Part shown: one piece after another, positions 18,974 through 29,500 of the stretch | Layout of the letters: each line of letters opens with the position of its first letter | Position numbering within the stretch: the stretch's first letter is position 1 | IMG/VR virus record: IMGVR_UViG_3300028591_000081 | Location: 1 to 64,000 of that record | DNA from: a virus | Taxonomy: Duplodnaviria > Caudoviricetes | Reading direction: 5' to 3' (one strand) | DNA: 64,000 nucleotides | The notes under the pieces: generated by a model | Told to the model about the DNA's origin: nothing | What the model saw: only the letters and a program-made list of their open reading frames with translations | Database searches by the model: none | Program-made: the position numbers and the translations under genes

Positions 18974-19438
18974 TTAAAAGATTTCTCGCCATCCGCCAAG
19001 ATTGTAGCTGTGCATGGTGAGTCCGTAATCCTCCGCCATGTCGCCGCTTAAATTCTGGCGATAAGACACCATGTACGCATCAACATCAGACATTGTGTCA
19101 CACATCAAGTATTTCATGCAGGACACTGCATCGTCGTAAGTCTGAAGCTCACCATGGTCTCCAAGGATGCTAACACAACAATTCTGTTTTGTCGAGGCGT
19201 CATAAAACAAAGCAATGATGCGAAAAAATCCGATCAACGAGGTCGGGTCATCACAATCACGGCACATATTGTAAGCAATGTCATCAAAGACACGTGCATC
19301 CATACAATCGGATTCAGAATCATCCCTCACATCACCTCTATTACAGAACCCACATCGACACTCATTCGCAGGGACTACGTGGCGAACAAATCTGTTGGCA
19401 CGACCTTTCAGGTATTCGACAGAAGACTTAATGCTCAT
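18974..19438 (-). CDS. Hypothetical Cys-rich protein
   Basis: 154-aa ORF in operon. Confidence 0.55.
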   Translation of the reverse strand: MSIKSSVEYLKGRANRFVRHVVPANECRCGFCNRGDVRDDSESDCMDARVFDDIAYNMCRDCDDPTSLIGFFRIIALFYDASTKQNCCVSILGDHGELQTYDDAVSCMKYLMCDTMSDVDAYMVSYRQNLSGDMAEDYGLTMHSYNLGGWREIF

Positions 19439-19634
19439 GGCTCAATCGCTCCAAGAAAAATCTGAAATCGGAAAGCATCTTAAACCCCTTCTTACCATCC
19501 GAAGGGCTAAGCTGGGCAATGGACTTCAGCACCTGCTCAATACCATCAAGATGGAACTTGAGCATCACAAAGTCCGCATGGAAGCATTCCTCACGCAAAG
19601 AGAGGGCTTCGTCGTCACGGAAATCCGCACTCAT
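19428..19634 (-). CDS. Hypothetical protein
   Basis: 68-aa ORF overlapping the next gene start. Confidence 0.5.
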   Translation of the reverse strand: MSADFRDDEALSLREECFHADFVMLKFHLDGIEQVLKSIAQLSPSDGKKGFKMLSDFRFFLERLSHEH

Positions 19635-19930
19635 AACCCCACCCCATTCTGCCCCAAACTGTCTATTTTGTTAGATATACGACAGTTTGGGGCAGAATTT
19701 TGAGGAATGTAACGGAGCCTACGCTATCCGCATACAGAGCAAGGTAGAGTTGTTGTCTCCACCGAAAGTTCCTCCACATATTACGAAATATCGTCCGGCG
19801 CACAGGAAGGATCTACATCCCGGGAAACTCCCAGAATCTACGTACCGTCCTCCGTCATTACACGGGGTGTATGGTGCTTGACGCATTCAAGCACTGTCTT
19901 GCAAATAACTTCACAATGTTCGTCCCTCAT
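19631..19930 (-). pseudogene. Small putative Zn-binding ORF with three in-frame stops
   Basis: Strong RBS AGGAGG. Frame reads CVKHH...CSVCG through TAG 19838-40, TAA 19781-83 and TAG 19724-26 to a TGA overlapping the next ATG. Confidence 0.45.
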
Positions 19931-20037
19931 AAATCCCTCCTACAAGAACGAAGCCAGCGATCAATTCACGGACTTCCATTAAGATACACAAGATCTTGTA
20001 GAAGAAAATTTACAAAAAACATTCCTAGGATTAGGGA

Positions 20038-20598
20038 TTAGTGTCTCCAAGTTACCCGGATAGACTGATCCATGTTCACAGATACCTCGGCATATTCCCA
20101 CGTATTGGTTTCGAGAACGCTCTCAGGAATGACATATCCGACAATGACATCCACATACCCAGAACGGATGTTGTTGATTATGGCGTAATCCTGCTTCTTC
20201 AGAAAAGCCAAGCGGGTCAACTGAAAGGCAACCCCATTCGGACTTGCGGAGAAGAACTCAAAATCATGGATCGAGTCTTCAATATCAGGATATTCCAGCA
20301 AATCGGACAGCTCGCGCTTCTTGTAAAGTAATGAGTAATACCGGTAGTGCATACCAAGATCATCGTTTCCGGCCTCAGTCTTCCTCTGCTTGCTCCGTTT
20401 CGCAGAAACAACCAAATCCCCTTTCACACGACAAGGGATGACCGGAACATCATCGAAGTGTTTCTGGGACACAGCCTGAACAACAATGTTATCAGGTATC
20501 CACCCCGGAACTTGCGTAACCCCGCCGCACTCTTCACAAAAGAGACGGTGATTGTGGATGGTGTACACTTCGTAATCTGGATGCTTCTTGATAATCAT
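20038..20598 (-). CDS. Hypothetical protein
   Basis: 186-aa ORF with N-terminal CEECGG. Confidence 0.6.
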   Translation of the reverse strand: MIIKKHPDYEVYTIHNHRLFCEECGGVTQVPGWIPDNIVVQAVSQKHFDDVPVIPCRVKGDLVVSAKRSKQRKTEAGNDDLGMHYRYYSLLYKKRELSDLLEYPDIEDSIHDFEFFSASPNGVAFQLTRLAFLKKQDYAIINNIRSGYVDVIVGYVIPESVLETNTWEYAEVSVNMDQSIRVTWRH

Positions 20599-20621
20599 GG
20601 TCCACGCCTATCTCTACACGA

Positions 20622-20819
20622 TTATTGTTTGTCAGACTTGTCTGCTCCGTCCGCCTTAATTTCTTTGGGTTCTTCAGCAGTTATCTCAGGATTGATGTCT
20701 TCACCAGTAGGAAGATTATCCTTCTTGACTTTCCGATAATGCAAAATGGCCTGAACCAGAAGAATTGCGAACAACGCCCCAACAAAACCACCGACACATG
20801 AAGTCAGAAATGCATTCAT
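20622..20819 (-). CDS. Small single-pass membrane protein
   Basis: Hydrophobic N-terminal helix then basic and acidic tail; RBS GGAG. Confidence 0.6.
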   Translation of the reverse strand: MNAFLTSCVGGFVGALFAILLVQAILHYRKVKKDNLPTGEDINPEITAEEPKEIKADGADKSDKQ

Positions 20820-20844
20820 ACCTATCTCCAACAAAAGAAATGGA

Positions 20845-22197
20845 TCATTCAAAGGACCGAAGCCCCAACGACTTATTAGGTGAACTACCCACCACCTTTA
20901 AGCGGTGGGCTTCAGTGGAACACCTCACGATATTTCCTTCCTGTTTCAACGAACAGTCCACATCACTAGAAAACCTAGTTCTGCTTCCCTGCCCTCCACA
21001 GGCATAAGTTTCGATAGTTCCTACCGTACTTTTAATCTTGCTTATCGCATCGTTACGCAAATTGATCGCCGCATTATGGTCTCTGCTGTGTTCCACTCCA
21101 CAAGATGGACAAATCCATTTGCGAACAGAAAGATTCTTCACAGCTTCGTTCTTAAAACCACAAGAACTGCACAACTGTGATGATGCAAACCACTTGTCTG
21201 ATTTAACCACAGAGCAATTATGGAACGTACTCTTCCATTCAAGCATCTCCACAAATTTGTTCCATGACACATCGTTGTAGTTCTTTGCATTGTGGCTGAA
21301 ACGCATCATGCCTTTGATGTTCAACGTTTCAACACCAATCACTTCATAAGACCTGACCAAACGTAGCGTTTCTTTCTCCATCCAATCGCGTCGTTTGTTA
21401 GCGATATGTTCTTCAAACCTTGCCAATCTACGCCTAGCTTTTTCACGGTTTTTGGAACCTTTCTTGGTTCTCGAAAGATTCCTTTGCAAATGTGCTAGAT
21501 GTCGTTTAGCCTGTTGTTTGAATGGAACATAGTTCAGTGCTGACTGGTTGTATGAGTCTATGTATGCCTTTGATGGAGAAAAGTCCAATCCGATAGCTTG
21601 GTTATCACTACCAGAAAAAGACTTTTCTTTATCGTTCATGCTTTCATAGACGCAACAAACCGAAGCATAACAACGTCCTGATCTCGTGATTTCAACTGTT
21701 ACGTTTTTTCGCTTGATTCCTTTGGTATGAAACCATGCGGGGATACGGTTGTGACGAAACATGACTTTGCCAATCTTTGGGATTTTGAGCCACATCTCGT
21801 GTTCTGAAATCAAGTCATCTGAAAGCATCACCTCTCGGAATGAGCAACCATCCTTTCTTTTCTTGAAGTGTGGTCTACCCTTCTTGCCAGCGAAGAAGTC
21901 CGCGTATGCTTTTTGAGCGTCACGTCTTGCTTGTTGCAATGCGACGGATGAAACTTCTTTCAAGAAGGGAAACATCTCACAAAGGTCTTTTTCCGATGTG
22001 TACTTGAATTCCTTGTAAATCTTGTTCTTTTCGTCTTTGGCCAGATTACGGCCTTTGATGTTGTCAGAATAGAATTGTTCCCTTGCCTCGACGTACTTGT
22101 TGTACACGAACCGTCGGCATCCACCAGTCTTGACGAACATTTGAAACTGATCGGGTGTTGGGTACAACCTGATTTTAAGACAACGCTTAATTTCCAT
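20845..22197 (-). CDS. tnpB: TnpB RNA-guided endonuclease (IS200/IS605/IS607 OrfB)
   Basis: N-terminal KIRLYPT HTH, RuvC-I IGLDF, RuvC-II VETLNIKGM, Zn finger CSSCG...CPSCG, RuvC-III RDHNAAINL. Confidence 0.95.
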   Translation of the reverse strand: MEIKRCLKIRLYPTPDQFQMFVKTGGCRRFVYNKYVEAREQFYSDNIKGRNLAKDEKNKIYKEFKYTSEKDLCEMFPFLKEVSSVALQQARRDAQKAYADFFAGKKGRPHFKKRKDGCSFREVMLSDDLISEHEMWLKIPKIGKVMFRHNRIPAWFHTKGIKRKNVTVEITRSGRCYASVCCVYESMNDKEKSFSGSDNQAIGLDFSPSKAYIDSYNQSALNYVPFKQQAKRHLAHLQRNLSRTKKGSKNREKARRRLARFEEHIANKRRDWMEKETLRLVRSYEVIGVETLNIKGMMRFSHNAKNYNDVSWNKFVEMLEWKSTFHNCSVVKSDKWFASSQLCSSCGFKNEAVKNLSVRKWICPSCGVEHSRDHNAAINLRNDAISKIKSTVGTIETYACGGQGSRTRFSSDVDCSLKQEGNIVRCSTEAHRLKVVGSSPNKSLGLRSFE

Positions 22198-22320
22198 TGG
22201 TAACTGACCTATATGTGTGGTGGCAAATGATCGGTCAAATCATCTTGTCGTGTAGCTACTCACTAGCCCCAAACCTATTGATATCATAACATAATGATTG
22301 TTTCAAGTGTTTGTCCAATT
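20880..22320 (-). mobile_element. Solo tnpB element (IS1341-like, no transposase)
   Basis: Right end GAAGCCCACCGCTTAAAGGTGGTGGGTAGTTCAC ending at 20880; AT-richer than flanks; left boundary approximate. Confidence 0.7.
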
Positions 22321-22350
22321 AAGTTGGCTCGCTTTCATCCCACTCGCTCT

Positions 22351-22740
22351 TTAGATAATCCCTTCTGACTTCAAGAACTTACGCACAGCTTTCCAATCAA
22401 CTACGCCATCTGTCTTCGGAACCCCAAGAGCTTTGTCATCAATCAGAAAATCCCCATGCACTTTCCTGCTTGGAAACATCCAAAGCCTTCCCACGTCAGG
22501 ATCATCATTTACTGCATACAGGGGAAGATGGTAGGATGCAAACCAGTTTAAGGCTTCCTGCAACGGATCGACTCCAGCGATACTTACATGCTCACGGCAA
22601 GTCCACAGGATAAGGCGATGACCCTTCTTACAAAGGTCTCTCAAAACAGAAACCGCACCGGGAATCTCTTCACCACGGTGCGGGTACGAATCACGACAAC
22701 AAGTGTCGTCGAAATCAACAAGGATTGTCAGAGAATCCAT
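22351..22740 (-). CDS. HAD-superfamily hydrolase
   Basis: VDFDDT motif I, LILWTCR, RKVHGDFLIDDK. Confidence 0.85.
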   Translation of the reverse strand: MDSLTILVDFDDTCCRDSYPHRGEEIPGAVSVLRDLCKKGHRLILWTCREHVSIAGVDPLQEALNWFASYHLPLYAVNDDPDVGRLWMFPSRKVHGDFLIDDKALGVPKTDGVVDWKAVRKFLKSEGII

Positions 22741-22743
22741 CTA

Positions 22744-22929
22744 TCACCTTTTCAGATTGTACTGCCAGTCATACTTGGTGAAATCACCCAAGTGATGTGA
22801 CAGGAGGTTACAGGCGTCTTCGAGACTTACTTTCTACTCGAAGGTGAGTTCAGAATATAACGAATCCTTGATGCGGATCAAGGTCTCAATCACTTCACCA
22901 ACCTGTTTCAAATTAGTACTGCTGTCCAT
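22744..22929 (-). pseudogene. Small ORF interrupted by one TAG
   Basis: MDSSTNLK...ELTFE*KVSLEDACNLL...NLKR ends just before the HAD start; TAG at 22834-36. Confidence 0.45.
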
Positions 22930-22981
22930 GAACAACCTCGCACAAAAGTAGAAATTCTCGCCGCACTTGGCGAACAAGGAA

Positions 22982-23023
22982 CTTATACCACATGGAGGGG
23001 TCACTAAATCCTTCAGCACCATA
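22982..23023 (-). promoter_or_regulatory. Box promoter
   Basis: TATGGTGCTGAA-N19-TGTGGTATAAG. Confidence 0.75.
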
Positions 23024-23093
23024 AAACCGGCTGGGGGCCGATAGCCCCCAACACCCCAGTAGGGAGTAGCCTTACCCTATTAGATAAGGCTAC

Positions 23094-23486
23094 CTAAACC
23101 GTTGGCTTCTCTGGCCACACAACTTCCTGAGGGAATCCTTCTTGACTGGTGAGGTCTCTAAGAGCCTGTCGATAGGCTTTGAGGGCTGTACGGGTTTCCT
23201 CGGAAATTGGATAATCAGGTTGCATGAGATAATCCGTATCATTCAGCCGTCGATTGCGCTCAAATCTGACATCGGTTGCAACTTGCTCCCAATCGATCTC
23301 AGGCTCTTCCGGAATGAGTTCACCAGCATCGTACTTACCACGAATGTACTGATAAACCTCAGACGAGTCCCGGTTCTCCAAACTGACATAGAAGGGAAAC
23401 GGGCCATCGCCGTCTATCTTCACGAACGACAAGAACTGTCGTTTTTCTCTACCTGTGAATTTTGCTGAAAGGATTTCGATGTTCAT
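23094..23486 (-). CDS. Tail fibre assembly chaperone
   Basis: RFERNRRLNDTDYLMQPDYP...YRQALRDL...GFP..VVWPEKP; directly downstream of the tail fibre. Confidence 0.85.
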   Translation of the reverse strand: MNIEILSAKFTGREKRQFLSFVKIDGDGPFPFYVSLENRDSSEVYQYIRGKYDAGELIPEEPEIDWEQVATDVRFERNRRLNDTDYLMQPDYPISEETRTALKAYRQALRDLTSQEGFPQEVVWPEKPTV

Positions 23487-23543
23487 ACAGCTCTCCAAAA
23501 CTCCAAAAGACAGTCTCCACGAGTTCCTCATGGAGACGAAACA

Positions 23544-26500
23544 TTACCATATACGTATGGCAAGCACCAGACAATAATTGTAAGAACCCGATGAGGCAGT
23601 GGTGTAGTTTAGTGCTACCCATGTTCCTGAGACCGTCTCAGAACCGCTCGTCCACTCAAGAGTTCCTGAGGTTCCGCTGGCCGAGATACCATGCACTGAC
23701 ACCGTGCTGTACGAGCTGACCAAACGACCACGCGGGATGGTAGAACTGCTCGAAGTTCTGTACACCTGCAAAATTGCAATGCAACCTTCGGCACCATTCA
23801 CATCTAAAGCACTACTGCTCGAAGTACTTGTATTGGTGCGAGGAATACCCATCAGGTAGCTACACAGTAATGACCTCAGACCTATATCGGTGGCCGTGCC
23901 AGAACCCTTGGTGAGACGAAGCAAAACTGGCCAGTTGTTTGGTACAACGTAATTACCTGTTTCGTTCACACCGACCGTACCCGAGGACGTAAGATCTGTT
24001 CCAGAAGAGTTCACTAACGTGACCGATTTCAGATATGTCGTAGTGATAGTATTTCCGGAGGCATCCGACGTTGCCTTGGACGCCGTACCCTGCATATCCG
24101 TGATGTACGCAGTGCTGACTGGATAAGACGAAGTTCCAATGTAATTGGCGTACACGTAATTCCACTTATAGCCAGTAGTACCAAGAGAAGATCCACCATT
24201 CGAAGAAGGTCTTATCGTGGCGGCACTTGTGACTGTTGAAGTATCTGCCGCCGTGAGAAGATTCGTGGTCGAATACCTCAGGTAAGTAGCATAGGTGGCA
24301 GATACAGCCGATGAAGCCGAATAGGCGTTGTAGGCATAGGTCTGCCATCCAACCATTACCCAGTTGGTACCGTCATAAATGAAATCTATGATGTCTCCAG
24401 CTTGCCAGCGATAGTAGTTACTACTGTCTGAGACTGAAGAAGTCCCACGATACTTGATTGCCTTTGCGCCCGTGTAAGCACTTCCATTGTACACATTCAG
24501 AGTCGGGTTCGAGGCAGTATTAGAGTATGAGAACTTAACGGTGACACGTGCCCCGGTTTCCAGAACAAATCCTGAGACAGTCACTGTTTTAGGAGCCGTG
24601 CCGGGATCGATAGAACAAGTACAATAGTGAGTGACATTAGCGGAACCGTTGAAGGACACACCATCCACAGTACGCGCCGTATAAAGAGTTGAAGCACTGC
24701 TGGAATTTACCACGTACCACGTTTTGGATCGTGAATCTGACGGGTTGTTTGAATTATACGTGGTGTCGTACCTCAACAACAAGGTCTCTCCTTCAGAGAC
24801 ATTTCCAAGATACGTTGCAGGACTTGTTCGGACAGCGACGGCTCCAGTGCCATTGATATTCAGTGTAGGAGAGCTGGAAGTGTTACCATTGGAGAACTCC
24901 ACAAAAATAAGGTCTCCATCTTCAAATACCAGAGGACTACGATAAAAACCGTACAAACTATTTACAATCTTCGCCGCCGTAGCCTTTGTCGTATAACACG
25001 TACCATAAGGAAGATGGATATTGCCGATAAACGAACCTTGAATGTTCGCATCAACCAACTTCTCCTTTACCTGATACGGCCTCAAATCCCAATCCGCGTT
25101 ACTCCCAGCATTGTAGTACACCGGATGATCCTGAATGAAGTTGAGATTGTCCACACCAGTCATAAATCCAACAAGCACACATGCATCCGTGTCATAGAAA
25201 GTACCCTGATCAGCGTAAAAGCATGGCCAGAAAGACAGATGGAGAGGATACAGGCCGCCAGCACTGTTGCGCTGTAAATTCAACCACACTGGGGCACCTT
25301 CTTTATACTGAATGAACTCAGCGAACTTGTCCTCAGACGCCACCCCCTCTATATATCCACCGCAGACGTTTAACGTGTACATACCATCACGGATTGCTTC
25401 CCAAGCTCCCTCACGATATTTCGAGCAAATGAATATCGGGAACCTACCCTGAGACACGGAAGTCATTATGGAATCTACACACGCAGACACCGTACCTGAA
25501 ATCGTACCGCCTGAAGAAATATGTCCGTTCAAAATGTTCGTCACAAGGGTACGAACGTCCGATGTTCGCGAAGAATCGCATGACCTCATATACAGGTCAA
25601 AATCCGAATACAGGTTCTGCTGGGAATCGTATCTGCATAAATCACATGGAGGCGTCCACGTGATATAATGCATCAGACGCTTAATGCTTGCCTTTGGATG
25701 CGAGGAAAAGAACACCCCAGTCCCACCGTAATCGTATCCAGACTCGGCATTCCAAACGATCTGACTAACATTGAAGGACTTCCCAGAAATGGGTGGTGCA
25801 GGAGATTCAGCGGAGTCTATGGCCAAGAAAGGATACCAGTTACCCTCAGTATCCATCATCAGGAAATTCAGCCCACTAAAAACACCATAAGTATTGTGCA
25901 GTGTCTGTGTGAACGTGCTGTCCGTTGGTAAGGTTCTTCCAACAAAATTCTTGGTAAAGTCTTCCGGACGCTGTTTCCAATGAGCAATGTCGTAGGAATC
26001 GGCGTACCATCCAATATGGGCACTATCCGTATTGTGGAACGTAAGAGACAGCATCGAACCGGCATGAATCACTGGCGAGTGATAGGAATCATACCCACGA
26101 TAGTATATATAGTGTTGTATCCAACTATTACCGATCTTTACGTTAATGCTGTTGGTACGAACCTTCACTGGAACATAGATATTGAGGCACATACCGTTAT
26201 AAAGGCTGGCCTGAGACGACTGAACCCAGAATTCGTCGTTCTCATACACTCCCTCAACAAACTCCTGCCCACGCTGAAGTACATAGGAAGATGAGTCAGA
26301 AAGGTCTGCCATGGCCGTAGGAACCGTGATATTGGCTGTCTTATTCGTGGCAGAGTTGGCCGTAAACGTCTGAACCGTAGTACCATTCTTCTGAATGGTG
26401 AGAGTTGCGTTATTGACAGTAGCCTGTGAAGGAATAAGAGACTGTATGTAGGTGGAAAGAGCGATATTTGACGAATTATTTTCCGACGAAACCGTAATTT

Positions 26501-29500
26501 CAGAAGCCTTTGGTAGATACAGGCGACCGTTCAGCTTCGTATATCCCCCAGACGTGGTATTATTAACCATAATGTACGAGCCGGTACTCTCAACCCCGAT
26601 GTACACATTCCCCTCTTTCGTGGATGACGAGGGTTCAGACATGAGCTGGCCATTGTCTCCGTAATAGGAGCTATACGCCTTTGGTTCAATATGAAGGCCA
26701 TACGCTCCCTGATAAATCTGACTGGAACGGTACTGCACATCGTATCCGCCACCAGTAGCCCCACCTTCGGCATGGGAGAAGATAGATGTACCATTTTTCA
26801 GGATCACTCTGTCACGAGTAATCCCGAACGAGCTTGTACCCACATCAGAATTCGAAGACAGAGAACCAAAGAAATCCTTGTTCCCAGTGATGTCTTGGTC
26901 AGTAGACAACGTGACATAATTTGTCAAGGAGGGGAGGTCTGCTGAAGTGATATACCCGGCATCGTTGTTAAGGTCAGAAACGTCCGTTGGGACAGTAGGA
27001 ATTCTGGAGTCCACATAATCCTGTAACGAAATGTTGTTGTATCCTGAGGCAGGGCGAACATACACGTTCGTTGCCGTTGGAAGAATCAAGGCATCTGTGG
27101 TGATGTATATAGAGGAGTTTGAATAAATAGAAATCGAGGAATCTATGTCCACCCAAGCCCTAGAATCCCCGATGGACACGCTTCCGACTGTGGAAGAAAC
27201 ATTTCCAGATCCCTGCTGGGAGGTTGGACGGATCCTCAAGGTCGGGCCGTCTTGGAATATCTCAGACACGTAAACTCTCTGAAGATACCCCCCGCCACAG
27301 GCCGAAGTCTGAAGATCGTACAGAGTAGCCTCACCTCCAGAGAAAGTAATCTTCCTCTGTGTCACCCGCTCAGAGTCGTTTTCATCTTCAACCAGTCCTG
27401 TGTCAGACGAAAAGTCCCCGAGAAAGGTCTTATCCCCAGTGATGTCTTGGGCAGTAGACAAGGTGACATAGTTCGACAATGACTGATGGCTCGTCAGGAA
27501 CGTGCTGTCCGCCTCAGTCTTGGTGTAGTAGTTGTTCGCGTCAAAGATGTCTGAGATCGGTACTGATATAGGGTTCTTGCCAGCGTCCGTATTGAACGTA
27601 ATAACAAGATTCCCATTGGAAACCTCCGCCTGCGACACCATCCCATCTTTAATGAATGCCGTAGCATCTATTTCTGCAAGTGTAGTGTTTGCTTTGTTCT
27701 TGAGAAGAATCTTTTTGGAGTTCGAATCATACGTCCCGCTGTACACAGCTTCTGAAGCCAGAGCTTTGTTCGTTATCGCACTATCGCTATCCGTAATGAA
27801 TCCTGAATCGTTCATCAGATCGGATACTTTGGTTGGCAAAGAGGAAGCCGTGATAAATCCAGAATCATTGGTCAGGTCACTGACCTGTGTTGGCAGGGAC
27901 GCAGACGTGATGTACCCAGAATCATTCGTCAGATCTGATGTCTTGGACGGTATCGGCGGAATATCCGACGCAGTGATGTATCCAACATCATTGTTGAAAG
28001 AGGATACATTAGACGGAACCGTAGGATATGTTGGAAGATCGGAAGAGGTAATATACCCGGAATCGTTCGTCAGATCTGAGGTCTTGGATGGGATAGAAGG
28101 AATGTCCTGTGCTGTAATATACCCGGAATCGTTCGTCAGATCTGAGGTCTTGGTAGGAAGAGACGACGCCGTAAGGAACCCAGAGTCATTAGTCAAATCC
28201 GAGGTTTTTGTTGGAAGGGCCGCTGAAGTGATGTACCCAGCGTCGTTTGTAAAGGCACTCACCACATCGGGGACATTCGGGAGGTCTTGGGCAGTAATAA
28301 ACCCAGAGTCATTCGTCAAGTCTGAAGTCTTAGTAGGAAGCTGAGAGGTAGTTGCAAACCCTTGGTTCGAAATGTAACTGGTAATTGCGAAGGTCGTAGG
28401 AAGATTCTCCGGAGTGTTCATGTCCGTCGAAAAGTTCTTTGTGGAGGCCGTGCCGAGATTGAGGGAAGAAATAGCTGTGGATATGGCGTTTATCGTCGAG
28501 GAAACAGAAGAATCCACATAATCTTTTACTGCGTAAGACGTGGGAAGGTGAACGTTATCTGCATTGACAGGAATGGAAGTCTCGAAGGCGAGAGAACCGG
28601 CTGAACCGAATGAATACGCGGCATTACCAATCTCGTACCCACCACGGAAGTGCGTAGAGTACACTCCACCATCCTTAGAGATCGTAAGGAGGTCGTGAGG
28701 GACAGGGCCTGTAATCGGAGTGTCCACAACATCCCCAGCTTGATCATTCCACAATCTGAGGGTATAAGTCTCAGTCTCCGTGTACTGGAACTTCACCATG
28801 TCAGCGACATTTGTTATGTTCTGGGCATACAGATCCACATAGGTCTTTACCGTGCCCGCCGGAGTGTCCGTAACCTGTTCCTGATAGAGAACTTTCCGCA
28901 AACGAATCCGCTCTCTGTAATCCTCAGTAGCAGAGTATGTGGCCGCCTGTCTACGTCCAATATCCGAACTTTCAGCATAATAGTCAGACAAGGCACGAGC
29001 CGCCTCATGCCACGCTCCGACAGGTGGCTCATTTGTACTGCCGAAAAACACACAGGAATCATCCACCAGCACATTGTAATGGTTCGACACGAGCTTTTGG
29101 TCAACTATTCCAGACACAAAAGCATAATTACTGTCGTATCTCTCCACGAATGACATGAGGAACTGATTAGTGCCATTCCTTGAACTTTCAAACCGAACAC
29201 CGCCAAGCATGGTACGATGCATGTCAACGAAACGTAGAGAGGAGAACGGAGACTGGGTATTTAGATCCCCTCCAGTCTGAAGCTGGAAGTAAACGTTATC
29301 GGCATCCAGAGGAGATGAAACCTTGGTGATTCCGGTAAACACCTTCTGACCGGTAACGGTCTGATTCGTATCCACAGTGACATAATGCCCAAGGGAATCA
29401 TTCACCGAGGAGAACATATCATGGATGATGCCTTGCGGGACGTAACTGTCAAAGTCCACCGACGGCTTGAAGATCCCATCAGTCTCTTCAAGATTGATCA

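Noticed and set aside
23544-24000. Diversity-generating retroelement target at the fibre tip
   Set aside because: No reverse transcriptase and no adenine-variant template repeat seen in the window
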